Shown here piece by piece: positions 1 to 9,279 of a DNA stretch of 64,000 bases. Both the position numbers and the translations under genes were made by a program. The notes under the pieces were generated by a model. That model saw only the letters and a program-made list of their open reading frames with translations, was not told where the DNA came from and did not search any database. Source of the stretch: an uncultured delta proteobacterium (GTDB taxonomy: Bacteria > Myxococcota_A > UBA9160 > SMWR01); NCBI GenBank assembly GCA_963832165.1, contig CAWHTE010000011.1, positions 448,001-512,000 on the forward strand, in the 5' to 3' direction. Numbering within the stretch: the stretch's first letter is position 1; the number at the start of each line of letters is the position of its first letter.

Positions 1-572
1 ACGAAATCGACGCAGCCGCTGTCGATCGCGCTGTGTGGCATCCCCGAATGTTTCGCGGACAGCTCCTCCTGCGCGAACGTGATCCCACCGACCGCCTTGA
101 TCTCGCACAGGCCCAGCGTTCCGTCCGAGCCCGTGCCCGAGAGGACAACCCCAATCGCCCGCGCTTGCTGGTCTTCCGCGAGAGAGCGGAACAGGTGGTC
201 GATCGGCAGGTGGGGTCTCTGGGCCGCCGGACGCGGACTCACGCGAAGCACACCGCCTCCGATCGCGAGGTCCGCGTTGGGAGGGATCACGTAGACGTGG
301 TTCGGACGCACGGCGACACCGTGGGTCGCCTCCTCGACGGCCATCGGTGTGGCCTTGGCAAGAAGATCGGTCAGCCCACTTTCGTGTCTGGGGTCGAGGT
401 GTTGAACCAGCACGAAGGCCATGCCGGTCTTCTCGGGCAGGTGCGCCAGCAGCTGCTTGAACGCCTCGAGACCGCCCGCCGAAGCTCCGATGCCGACGAC
501 CGGGAACGGCTTGTCTTCGCGCGGCTCGTCGGTCGAGCGCTTGATGCTCGGGGGATCCGGCTTGACGCTCAC
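1..572 (-). CDS. cheB: CheB methylesterase-domain protein, probably the N-terminus of a CheB-CheR(-PAS/kinase) fusion; runs off the window
   Basis: Not in the ORF track. Manual translation from GTG 572 gives ...FPVVGIGASAGGLEAF...FVLVQHLDPRH...HLPIDHLFRSLAEDQQARAIGVVLSGTGSDGTLGL, containing the CheB Ser/His/Asp motifs with no receiver domain. Confidence 0.9.
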   Translation of the reverse strand, partial: MSVKPDPPSIKRSTDEPREDKPFPVVGIGASAGGLEAFKQLLAHLPEKTGMAFVLVQHLDPRHESGLTDLLAKATPMAVEEATHGVAVRPNHVYVIPPNADLAIGGGVLRVSPRPAAQRPHLPIDHLFRSLAEDQQARAIGVVLSGTGSDGTLGLCEIKAVGGITFAQEELSAKHSGMPHSAIDSGCVDF

Positions 573-593
573 TGCATGGATAGGCAGGGCGTA

Positions 594-848
594 TCAATCA
601 CGGCGGATCGAATCCGAGTCCGCTGCCGAACTCTTTGCGCGCGCGAGCTCGCGGAGCTGGCTCTCGAGCGCATCGCGGGTTTCGTGGAGAGAGTGGCACG
701 TCGCGCTGACGCGACCCGCGCCGGTATGGATCGTCGCCGTCCAGAGACTGTCGCGGCCCGGCAGGAGGTCGTACGTGATCGTGGCCGGAAGGGCGGGAAA
801 CCCGCCGGGCCCCCTGTGATGACGACGGCCGATGTTCGTCTCTGCCAT
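594..848 (-). CDS. Hypothetical 84-aa protein
   Basis: ATG-started ORF filling the gap upstream of cheB on the same strand; no recognisable motif. Confidence 0.4.
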   Translation of the reverse strand: MAETNIGRRHHRGPGGFPALPATITYDLLPGRDSLWTATIHTGAGRVSATCHSLHETRDALESQLRELARAKSSAADSDSIRRD

Positions 849-1133
849 ATCCGAGGCTCTCTGAGGCAGAGTACCCCGTCGCTCCGCTGGGCGCTGAAAA
901 ATCTCAGGTGGGTGAATCGAAGTAGCTGGATGAAAGGATGAAAGGAGCAGCGCCTAATCAGGCCCGCTGCCCGCGGCGACCCCTCGGGGTGGCGGCTCGC
1001 GATGCCGATCCTTCGGGAACGGCGAGGCGGAACTCCTCGCCGTTGGCATCCATATGCTCAAGGATGTGACGGGCCACACCGATAGCTCCTGTGCGCGCCG
1101 TGTGCAGTTCATGGCGCATGGGAGGTCTTTAGA

Positions 1134-1340
1134 ATGCGCAATTTCCTCAAGCGATTGCTCTCCGAGGAGAGCGGTGCCACGGCCATCGAGTACGGCCTGA
1201 TTGCCGGCCTGATCGCCGTCGTGATCATCGGCGCGCTCACCGTCACGGGCACGAGCCTCAACACGCTGTTCGAAACGGTTTCGGGCGAGCTCGAGACCGT
1301 GGCGGGCGGCGGTGGTGGTGGCGCTCCCGCTGCTCCGTAG
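1134..1340 (+). CDS. flp: Flp family type IVb/IVc pilin
   Basis: SEESG|ATAIEYGLIAGLIAVVII prepilin cleavage site and Flp motif; GGAGG RBS. Confidence 0.97.
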   Translation: MRNFLKRLLSEESGATAIEYGLIAGLIAVVIIGALTVTGTSLNTLFETVSGELETVAGGGGGGAPAAP

Positions 1341-1405
1341 TCCGATCGCGGTGTGATACGGCGGCGGCTCTGACTGCCGGGCGTAGCTGCGCCGCGGAAG
1401 GCGGT

Positions 1406-1894
1406 GTGATGAGTCGCGTGCAGAAGACTCGGGATCGTCGACGCGAGCGCGGTGCGAGCGCGATCGAGTTCGCACTCGTGTTCCCGATCTTCTTCGGCCT
1501 CATCTACCTGATGATCAGCTACGGGCTCCTGTTCAGTCTTCAGCACTCGATTACGGAGGCAGCGAAGGAGTCGGCGCGCTCGGCAGTGGCCTGCGATCCG
1601 ACGCTCGCGACGGCGGCGCACGAGACATGCGTCACGACTCGCGCGCGCGCGACCGCAGCCGCATCACTCGACTGGCTCCCCAGCGATCTCCGCAATCGGA
1701 TCCTCGGCGCGTCGAACGGCAACGTGGATGTCACGTTCGCCACGAACGCGGGCACGGGGAAGACCGTGGAAGTTCTCGTGGAACTTCCCGACTACGCAGC
1801 GACTCCAATCCTTCCCACCCTCACTCTTCCGTTCCTCGGTTCGATCCCCCCCCTTCCGGACCGCCTCGCGGGCCGGGCCGTGGTCTTGCTCTAA
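1406..1894 (+). CDS. tadE: TadE/TadF-like pseudopilin
   Basis: RERG|ASAIEFALVFP motif followed by EAAKESAR. Confidence 0.9.
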   Translation: MMSRVQKTRDRRRERGASAIEFALVFPIFFGLIYLMISYGLLFSLQHSITEAAKESARSAVACDPTLATAAHETCVTTRARATAAASLDWLPSDLRNRILGASNGNVDVTFATNAGTGKTVEVLVELPDYAATPILPTLTLPFLGSIPPLPDRLAGRAVVLL

Positions 1895-1919
1895 CGCACC
1901 GCGCAAAGGGGCCTAACAT

Positions 1920-2750
1920 ATGCAGAGTCGGACGGTGCGAAACCTGGCGATCGCAATGATCGTCGTCGCACTCGGGCTGGGACTGTTCGCGCTGCGGCTG
2001 GTGCGGGACCTGCGCAATTCGGCGCAGGCCACCGAGACCACCGTCCGCAGCGACCTTCCGCGCGTGGTGGTCGCGGTCGCCGCGATCCCGGAAGGGAAGT
2101 CGGTCGAGTCCGAAGCGCTCTCCCTCGAGGCCGTATCGCTGGTCCCGGAGGGCTCGTTCCGCAAGCTCGAGGACGTGGTCGGGCGCAAGGTCTACCAGTC
2201 GGTGGGGCAGGGCGAGTCGCTGCTCGCGCGCCACTTCCGCCCGCCGGGTCCGGTTTCGAGCCGGATCAAGCCCGATGAACGCGCGATTGCCGTGAAGGTC
2301 GACGGTGTGATCGGGCTCGGCGGATTCATCCAGCCCGACGATCGCGTCGACGTGCTGCTCTATCTCGCGCGCGACCAGAGGGAGATCCCCGACACCCAGG
2401 CGCGCGTGCTGCTCGAGAACATCCGCGTGCTCGCCTACGGCGCGAACCTCGAGCGCCGCGAGCAGGAAGAGAGCGACGACAACACCAACAACGCGCGCAC
2501 GGCCGTGCTCGCGGTGCCGGAGGCCGACGTCGATCGCCTGATGCTCGGTGCGAGCAAGGGTCTCCTGCGGCTCGCGCTGCGCGGCGATCCGGTCGAAGGG
2601 GAGCTCGGGGCACTGCCCCGGCCCAAGGGTGAGTACGAGAGTCTGGCCAGCCTGCTCAGCAACGCGCCGTCCAAGGTCAGCGGTTCCGGCAAGGCTGTGC
2701 GCAAGCCCCGAGTGCTCCGCGGCGAGGAGCAGGAGATCGACCGCTATTGA
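1920..2750 (+). CDS. cpaB: Flp pilus assembly protein CpaB/RcpC
   Basis: N-terminal TM, SAF domain (VVVAVAAIPEG), RcpC motifs ERAIAVKVD..GLGGFIQPDDRVDV and LLENIRVLA. Confidence 0.95.
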   Translation: MQSRTVRNLAIAMIVVALGLGLFALRLVRDLRNSAQATETTVRSDLPRVVVAVAAIPEGKSVESEALSLEAVSLVPEGSFRKLEDVVGRKVYQSVGQGESLLARHFRPPGPVSSRIKPDERAIAVKVDGVIGLGGFIQPDDRVDVLLYLARDQREIPDTQARVLLENIRVLAYGANLERREQEESDDNTNNARTAVLAVPEADVDRLMLGASKGLLRLALRGDPVEGELGALPRPKGEYESLASLLSNAPSKVSGSGKAVRKPRVLRGEEQEIDRY

Positions 2751-3961
2751 GCGCCCAACACCACAACTCCTGGCGACGTCGACTCGCTGCAACCGGTCTC
2801 GCGATCGCGGGTTGGGCCGTGTTTGCGGGCCCGGCCCGCGCCACCGACATCGCGGTCGAGGCCGGCTCGCAGAGCGTGATCGTGCCTCCGAGCCCGGTGC
2901 GCCGTGCCGCGGTGGCGGATCCCGCGATCGCCGACGTCGAGATCATCAATCCGAACGAAGTGCTCGTGATCGGCAAGCATCCGGGTGCCACCAATCTCGC
3001 GCTGTGGGTCGAAGGCGCCGAGGAGCCCCACCGCTACGACGTGAACGTCGAGGCGGCGAGCCTGGGCAAGCCCAGCGAGGGCTCGGCCCAGGTCCAGATC
3101 GACACGCGCATCGTCGAGCTCTCGCGCAAGGCGCTGCTCCAGGCCGGAATCAACTTCGCGCGCGTCTCCAACAACTCCGCGATCGCGGTCTCGCCGCCGG
3201 GCACCCTCTCGGGCATCAGCGGCGGCGGCGGCACGGGCTTCCTGCTCGACAGCGCGAGCGGCTTCCTGCCGCTCTCCCAGGCGTTCAATCTCGCGTACGG
3301 GAACAACAGCGAGAACCTGCTCGTGACCGTGAGCGTGCTCGAGCAGAACGGCTTCGCGCACACGCTCGCCGAGCCGAGCCTCGTGGCGCTCTCCGGGCAG
3401 ACCGCGAGCTTCCTCGCGGGCGGCGAGCTCCCGATTCCGGTCGTTCAGAACAGCGGCGGCGGGAACTCGATCACGATCGAGTACAAGCCGTTCGGAATCC
3501 GCCTCATGGTGACTCCGACCGTGCTCGCGAACGATCGCATCGCGCTCAAGGTCGCACCCGAGGTGAGCGAGATCGACTTCACCACGAGCGTCGACACGGG
3601 CGGTGTGACGGTGCCGGGCCTGCGCACGCGCCGCGCCGACACGGCAATCGAGCTCGGGAGCGGCGAGAGCTTCGCGATCAGCGGGCTGATCAGCCAGCAG
3701 ATGAACTCGAACATCGACAAGATTCCGGGGCTCGGCGACCTGCCGATCCTCGGCGCGCTCTTCAAGACCACGCGCTTCGAGCGCGAAGACCGCGAGCTCC
3801 TCATGATCGTTTCACCCCATCTCGTGAAGCCGCTCCGCGCGGACGCAACGAAGCTGCCCACTCCCGGCGAGGAGTACGAGCACTACCTGCCGGGCCTGTG
3901 GGAGCTGCAGTTCGGCGAGACGGGAAAGTTCGACCCGGAAGGTCCCGGTTTCTGGCCCTAG
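2747..3961 (+). CDS. cpaC: Tad secretin RcpA/CpaC
   Basis: Signal peptide, RAAVADPAIADV N-domain, secretin motifs LAEPSLVALSGQTASFLAGGELPIP and KIPGLGDLPILGALF. Confidence 0.95.
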   Translation: MSAQHHNSWRRRLAATGLAIAGWAVFAGPARATDIAVEAGSQSVIVPPSPVRRAAVADPAIADVEIINPNEVLVIGKHPGATNLALWVEGAEEPHRYDVNVEAASLGKPSEGSAQVQIDTRIVELSRKALLQAGINFARVSNNSAIAVSPPGTLSGISGGGGTGFLLDSASGFLPLSQAFNLAYGNNSENLLVTVSVLEQNGFAHTLAEPSLVALSGQTASFLAGGELPIPVVQNSGGGNSITIEYKPFGIRLMVTPTVLANDRIALKVAPEVSEIDFTTSVDTGGVTVPGLRTRRADTAIELGSGESFAISGLISQQMNSNIDKIPGLGDLPILGALFKTTRFEREDRELLMIVSPHLVKPLRADATKLPTPGEEYEHYLPGLWELQFGETGKFDPEGPGFWP

Positions 3962-3971
3962 GGAGACGTCC

Positions 3972-5180
3972 TTGAAGCACCGGTTCATCGCCGTGACGGA
4001 GAGCGAGGCCCACGTCCAGTGGCTCGAGGAGAGCCTCGGTCCGCTCGCCGAGGCCGTCATCGCCGACGACATCGCGCCCGATCGCATCGCCCAGCTCGCG
4101 GACGCCGCGGCGGGCAGCGTCGTGTTCGTGCGCGTGAACGTGGCAGACCTGCGCTCGCGCACGGAGCTGATCAAGGCGCTGCTCCAGCGCAAGCCGCACC
4201 TGGGCGTGATCGCGATCGGCGACGAAGAGGACAAGGACGTGATCCTCGAATCGGTGCGGGCCGGCGCGCGCGACTTCGTGCGCGTGGGCTCCGACCGGCG
4301 CGAGGCCTACGCCGCGTTCCAGCGCGTGTTCGAGAGCGCGCCGAGCCAGACCGCGACGCCGAGCGGCAAGCAGATCGCGCTCTTGTGCTCGCGGCCCGAC
4401 ATCGCAGCGTCGAGCTTCGCGGTGCACCTCGCACTGCGCTTCGTCGAGATGGCGAGGCGGGACGAGAAGGTGCTGATGATCGACCTGGGCGTGCCCGCGG
4501 CCGACTCGCTGCTCTATCTCGACGTCGAGCCCTCGTATACGTTCGTCGACGCGGTCCGCAGCGTGCGGCGCTTCGACCAGACCCTGATCGAGACGGCCTT
4601 CTCGCGCGATCGCAGCGGGCTCGCGCTGCTGCCGCTGCTCGACGACCCGGGCCAGATCCGCGACGTGAACGGCAACGACATGCTCGCGCTGTTCTCGATC
4701 CTGAAGGCCCACTTCAGCCGCACGATCCTCTATCTGGGCGGGCTCCGATCGCCCGACTTCCTCGTGCAGGCGCTCTCGCAGGCCGACGAGGTGCTGCTGC
4801 TCGCCGACCAGTCGGTGGCGAACTGCTCGGCCGCGCGCCGCCTGCTCGACGATCTCAAGGAGCTCAACTACCCGGTTCGCGACATCCGCCTCGTGCTCGA
4901 GCGCTACACCGACAAGCTCGAGCCCCACGCGGACAAGGTGTCCGAGCTGCTGGGACTCCCGCTCGCCGCGGCGCTGCCGCCGAACGGCTTCGACATCGTC
5001 CGCGCGATGAACGGCGCCACGAACCTGTTCGAGATGGTGCCGAACTCGCCCTACGTGACCGGTATGCGCGCGCTCGTCGACGATCTGCTCGGTCGCAAGA
5101 CGTCGGAGAAGCCCACTTCGCGAGGCGCCGTTCTCATGAATCGGCTGCGCAAGGTCGTACGCCGCCGTGGCGCGCAATGA
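3972..5180 (+). CDS. cpaE: TadZ/CpaE pilus localisation protein (degenerate receiver plus MinD-like domain)
   Basis: ESVRAGARDF receiver remnant, VLMIDLG, DAVRSVRRFDQTL; position between secretin and ATPase. Confidence 0.9.
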   Translation: MKHRFIAVTESEAHVQWLEESLGPLAEAVIADDIAPDRIAQLADAAAGSVVFVRVNVADLRSRTELIKALLQRKPHLGVIAIGDEEDKDVILESVRAGARDFVRVGSDRREAYAAFQRVFESAPSQTATPSGKQIALLCSRPDIAASSFAVHLALRFVEMARRDEKVLMIDLGVPAADSLLYLDVEPSYTFVDAVRSVRRFDQTLIETAFSRDRSGLALLPLLDDPGQIRDVNGNDMLALFSILKAHFSRTILYLGGLRSPDFLVQALSQADEVLLLADQSVANCSAARRLLDDLKELNYPVRDIRLVLERYTDKLEPHADKVSELLGLPLAAALPPNGFDIVRAMNGATNLFEMVPNSPYVTGMRALVDDLLGRKTSEKPTSRGAVLMNRLRKVVRRRGAQ

Positions 5181-6466
5181 TGTTCGACAACTCCGCGTCG
5201 CCGATTCGCCTCCGCCAGGAAAACGACATGCAGGGCCTGAAGGGCCGCCTGCATCGCCATCTCATCGACGCGATCGACGAGGATCGCGCCGACATCGACG
5301 CGTGGTCGGCCGACGAGCTGCGCCGCTATCTCGAGACCCGGATCGCGCGCTTCATCAGCGAGAACAAGATCGCGGTGAACCGCAACGAGACGCAGGATCT
5401 CGTCGCGAGCATGGTCGACGAGCTCTCCGGGCTCGGCCCGATCCAGCCGCTCGTCGACGACGACGACGTGAACGACATCCTCGTCAACGGCCGCGACCGC
5501 GTATTCGTGGAGCGCAAGGGCAAGCTCGAGCTCACCGACATCCGCTTCAACGACGACCGCCACGTCCAGCGCATCATCCAGCGCATCATCGCGCCGCTGG
5601 GCCGGCGCATCGACGAATCGTGCCCGATGGTCGACGCGCGGCTCCAGGACGGCAGCCGCGTGAACGCCGTGATTCCGCCGGTCGCCCTCGACGGGCCCGC
5701 GCTATCGATCCGCAAGTTCCGCAAGGAGCCGCTGCGCGCTGGCGACCTGATCGCCTACGGCACGTTCGACGACCAGATGCTGCGCATGCTCACGGCGGCC
5801 GTGCAGGCGCGCTGCAACATCATCGTCTCGGGCGGTACCGGCGCGGGCAAGACGACGCTCTTGAACGTGCTCTCTCAGCACATTCCCGAAGGCGAGCGCC
5901 TCGTCACGATCGAGGACGCCGCGGAGCTCTCGCTCGGGCATCCCCACGTGGTGCGGCTCGAGACGCGCCCGCCGAACCTCGAGGGGACCGGCGAGGTCGC
6001 GGCACGCGACCTCGTGAAGAACGCGCTACGCATGCGCCCCTCGCGGATCATCGTCGGCGAGGTCCGCGGTGAAGAAGTGATCGACATGCTTCAGGCCATG
6101 AACACGGGCCACGAAGGGTCGATGACGACGATCCACGCGAACAGCGCGCGCGATGCGCTCACGCGCGTCGAGATGCTCGTCGGAATGAGCGGATTCAAGG
6201 GCAGCGACGCGACGCTGCGACACAACATCGCGAGCGCGATCGATTTCATCATCCAGATCAGTCGACTCCCGAGCGGCAAGCGCAAGCTCGTGAGCATCAC
6301 CGAGCTCACGGGCATCGGCGACGACACGTACATGACCCAGGACCTGTACAGCTGGGACTACGACAACGAGCGATTCAAGAGCGCCGGGGTGACGCCGAAC
6401 CACGCCGGGCTGCAGCGCACGCTGGGACAGCGGCCGCAGGCGAAGAGCGGGTTCTCCATTGGCTAG
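5177..6466 (+). CDS. cpaF: TadA/CpaF assembly ATPase
   Basis: GGTGAGKTT Walker [44 protein letters not shown] overlaps the cpaE stop. Confidence 0.97.
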   Translation: MMFDNSASPIRLRQENDMQGLKGRLHRHLIDAIDEDRADIDAWSADELRRYLETRIARFISENKIAVNRNETQDLVASMVDELSGLGPIQPLVDDDDVNDILVNGRDRVFVERKGKLELTDIRFNDDRHVQRIIQRIIAPLGRRIDESCPMVDARLQDGSRVNAVIPPVALDGPALSIRKFRKEPLRAGDLIAYGTFDDQMLRMLTAAVQARCNIIVSGGTGAGKTTLLNVLSQHIPEGERLVTIEDAAELSLGHPHVVRLETRPPNLEGTGEVAARDLVKNALRMRPSRIIVGEVRGEEVIDMLQAMNTGHEGSMTTIHANSARDALTRVEMLVGMSGFKGSDATLRHNIASAIDFIIQISRLPSGKRKLVSITELTGIGDDTYMTQDLYSWDYDNERFKSAGVTPNHAGLQRTLGQRPQAKSGFSIG

Positions 6467-7368
6467 CGTCCTGCTGCTCGCGACCTTCGCTGCCCTGCTC
6501 TCGATCGCCGGGGCGGCGTTCTCGACGGTGATCCGCGAGCACGCGCAGCAGCGCGAGCGGATCCACGCGCTATTCGAGCGCGAGGCGCGCGTGGGTGCTC
6601 CGTCGGAGACGGTGATCGCGGCCCCTTCGGCCGTGGCCTCTTGGGTCGAAGACCGCATGCGGCGCGCGGGGATCGAGCCCCGCAGCTGGCACATCGTAGC
6701 GGCCGCGTTTGCGGGCGTGCTCTGGATCGGCACCGCTGGGCTGTTGCGCGGTCCGATCGGCGCGCTCGTCAGCGCGGTGGCACTGGGCGCCGCGGTCGTC
6801 CTGTTCCTCAACTGGAAGACGCGCAAGCAGAGCGAGAAGATCCTCGAGCAGCTGCCGAGCCTTCCTCGACCACATCACGCGCGCGGTGCAGACCGGCAGC
6901 AGCCTGCCGAATGCGCTCGTCGCGGCCACCGAGGAGATCCCGGAGCCGATCCACAGCGTGTTTGCGCGCGTCGTCCGCCAGACGCGGCTCGGTGTTACGA
7001 TCGAGGAGGCGCTGGATCAGGCCGCGTCGCTCTACTCGGTGCGCGAGCTCTCGATCCTGGCGCTCTCGGTTCGCGTCTCGCAGCGCTACGGCGGAAGCGT
7101 GCGCGACGTGCTCGGGAGCATCGTGACGATGATCCGCCAGCGAGAACGCGCGCGCCGCGAGTTCCGTGCGATGACGGGCGAGACGCGCCTGTCGGCGTTG
7201 ATCCTGGGGGCCTTGCCGACCGTGATCGGCGCCTACGTGATGATCGTGAATCCGGACTACCTCGGGCGGATGATGGCCGATCCGGTGGGCGTGATCCTGC
7301 TCTACGTGTCGGGCGGCCTCCAGGTGCTTGGAAGCTTCGTGCTCTGGCGGATGGTCAAGTCGGTCTAG
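6459..7368 (+). CDS. tadB: TadB inner-membrane platform protein; frameshift near 6860, likely sequencing error
   Basis: N-half in ORF 6459 (..EQLPS); C-half in ORF 6709 (FLDHITRAVQTGSSL..RYGGSVRDVL..AMTGETRLSA). Removing one C at about 6860 joins them. Confidence 0.9.
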
Positions 7369-7370
7369 CG

Positions 7371-8297
7371 ATGGAAACGCTCGTGATGCTGCTGTTCGGC
7401 GCGGTCGCACTGCTCGTCTCGGGCAGCGGGGTTCTGCTGTTCTCCATGGCGCGCGCGGGTGCGGTATCGCGCGATCGCTCGAGTCGCTTCGAGCGGATCG
7501 TGCGCGGCGAGCGACTGAGCGCAGTGCGCAGCCGGCGCAGCTTCCGCTCGACGCTGATCGAGTTCGGCGCGCGGCGCGTCGACTCGGCCGACCAGGAAGT
7601 CACCCAGCTGCTCGCTCGCGCGGGCTTCCGCGGCCACGAGGCGATCGCGCTGTTCTCCGCGATCCGCTTGCTGTGCCCGATCGGCGTCACCGCGCTGTCC
7701 GCGCTCCTGTGGGTGGTGTTCTTCGGCAAGGGCGTCGGGGTGGGAATCGCGCTGGTCTGCTACGCGTCGTTCACGGTCAGCTATCTGGCGCCGAAGACAC
7801 TCCTGCGCGCGCGCGCCGACGCGCGGACGCGGCGCTTGCACGACGACATCTCGGCATTCACGCATATCCTGCGCGTGCTCTACGAGTGCGGGCTCAGCAC
7901 GGAGCAGGCGCTGCACGTGTTCTCGAAGGAGCAGCGCGGCGTGCTTCCGGATGTGGCGATGGAGATCGGCGAGGTCACGCGGCGCGTCAGCGCGGGCTCC
8001 GACCTCGAAGAGGCGACGCGATCGGTCGCGGACGAGGCCGGCGACGCCGAGCTCTCGGATCTGTTCGCGATGATCCGCCAGATCGATCGCTACGGCGGCG
8101 CGGTACAGGAGCCGCTCATGAAATTCGCGCAGCTGCTCGAGGATCGCGAGCGCACGCGGCTCCAGGAAAAGATCGGCAAGCTGTCGGCGAAGCTCACGAT
8201 GGCGATGGTGTTCTTCCTCTTGCCCGCGCTGCTCACGTTCGTGGGCGGGCCCGGCTTCGTCGCCGTGGTCCGCGCCCTGAGTCAGATCAATGCGTAG
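7371..8297 (+). CDS. tadC: TadC inner-membrane platform protein
   Basis: LARAGFRG, ECGLSTEQAL, RYGGAVQEPL, EKIGKLSAKLTMAMVFFLLPALL. Confidence 0.93.
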   Translation: METLVMLLFGAVALLVSGSGVLLFSMARAGAVSRDRSSRFERIVRGERLSAVRSRRSFRSTLIEFGARRVDSADQEVTQLLARAGFRGHEAIALFSAIRLLCPIGVTALSALLWVVFFGKGVGVGIALVCYASFTVSYLAPKTLLRARADARTRRLHDDISAFTHILRVLYECGLSTEQALHVFSKEQRGVLPDVAMEIGEVTRRVSAGSDLEEATRSVADEAGDAELSDLFAMIRQIDRYGGAVQEPLMKFAQLLEDRERTRLQEKIGKLSAKLTMAMVFFLLPALLTFVGGPGFVAVVRALSQINA

Positions 8298-8988
8298 CCG
8301 ACGGTCGACGCGCTGGATGACGGTCTCCGGGCTGCTGCTCACGGCGATCCTCGCGGGCAGCTGCGCGAGCGATCGCGGGCCCGCGCCGGTCGCGACGGAG
8401 GTGCGCAAGGAGCTCACTGGGAAGGAAGGGCCGAAGCTGCACCTCGAGCTGATCGAGAAGATGCTCGAAGGGGGGCGCGCACATGCCGCGCTGGCCCACC
8501 TCGACTCGCTCGGACCCGACGCGGCGCGCCCCGAAGCGCAGCTCTTGCGCGCCGAGGCCCTGCGCCGGACCGGGCAGCTCGAGGCCGCCTGGAAGGTCTA
8601 CGAGCCGCTGCTGCACAGCGCCGTCGCGGCGCCGGCGTGGCGCGGGCTCGGGCTGATCAAGGCCGACCAGGGCGATCTCGTCACTTCGATCGCCTGGCTG
8701 CGCCGCGCGCGCGACCTCTCCCCGACCGCAGGACGGATCCGCAACGACCTCGGCTACGCGCTGCTCTTGAACGGCGAACTCGAGCAGGCGCGGATCGAGC
8801 TGGTCACGGCGCTCGAGCTCGAAGGCGGGGTGCGCGCTGCGCGCAACCTGGTGCTCGTGCTCTTGATCGAGGGACAACCCACGGCCGCGGACCGGGTCGC
8901 GCGGCGCCACGAAATCGACGCGGCGGCGGTGGACCGCCTGCGCCGGCGCGCGGATCGCATGCGCGCAGGCATGGAACAAGGAGGTTGA
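8290..8988 (+). CDS. tadD: TadD TPR lipoprotein (pilotin)
   Basis: Lipobox-like LAGSC, TPR motifs AWRGLGLI and RNDLGYALLLNG. Confidence 0.88.
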   Translation: MRSRRSTRWMTVSGLLLTAILAGSCASDRGPAPVATEVRKELTGKEGPKLHLELIEKMLEGGRAHAALAHLDSLGPDAARPEAQLLRAEALRRTGQLEAAWKVYEPLLHSAVAAPAWRGLGLIKADQGDLVTSIAWLRRARDLSPTAGRIRNDLGYALLLNGELEQARIELVTALELEGGVRAARNLVLVLLIEGQPTAADRVARRHEIDAAAVDRLRRRADRMRAGMEQGG

Positions 8989-8990
8989 TC

Positions 8991-9278
8991 ATGATGCGCA
9001 AGATCGGTTTGGTCGCGGTGGTGGTGGCGGGATTCCTGCCCGCGATCGCATGGGCCGACGAGTCGGACGCTGCGAGCGAGGAGACGCCCACGCACCACGA
9101 GTTCCCGCTCGGGACGCGAACGCGCGCACATCTCGAGCGCCAGCGAAACGGCGACGAGGCATCGGTGGCGCACGGCTTGACGCCGCCCGCCGAGCGCCGC
9201 GCGCGCAAGCGCTACCTGCAGAGCTTCGAACATCCGATTCCGGAGCTGTTCGAAATGGACGAGGGCGGGGAGAAGTAA
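8991..9278 (+). CDS. Small secreted DUF3613-like protein
   Basis: Signal peptide (..PAIAWA), TRAHLERQRNG..AS and RYLQSFEHPIPE pattern; GGAGG RBS; lies between tadD and tadG. Confidence 0.75.
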   Translation: MMRKIGLVAVVVAGFLPAIAWADESDAASEETPTHHEFPLGTRTRAHLERQRNGDEASVAHGLTPPAERRARKRYLQSFEHPIPELFEMDEGGEK

Positions 9279-9279
9279 C

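Noticed and set aside
33..941. 302-aa plus-strand ORF and the many Arg/Ala-rich overlapping ORFs throughout the window
   Set aside because: Shadow frames of real genes; here the antisense of cheB.
1043..1058. Sigma54 promoter TGGCATCCATATGCT upstream of flp
   Set aside because: GG-GC spacing is 9 nt, not the required 10.
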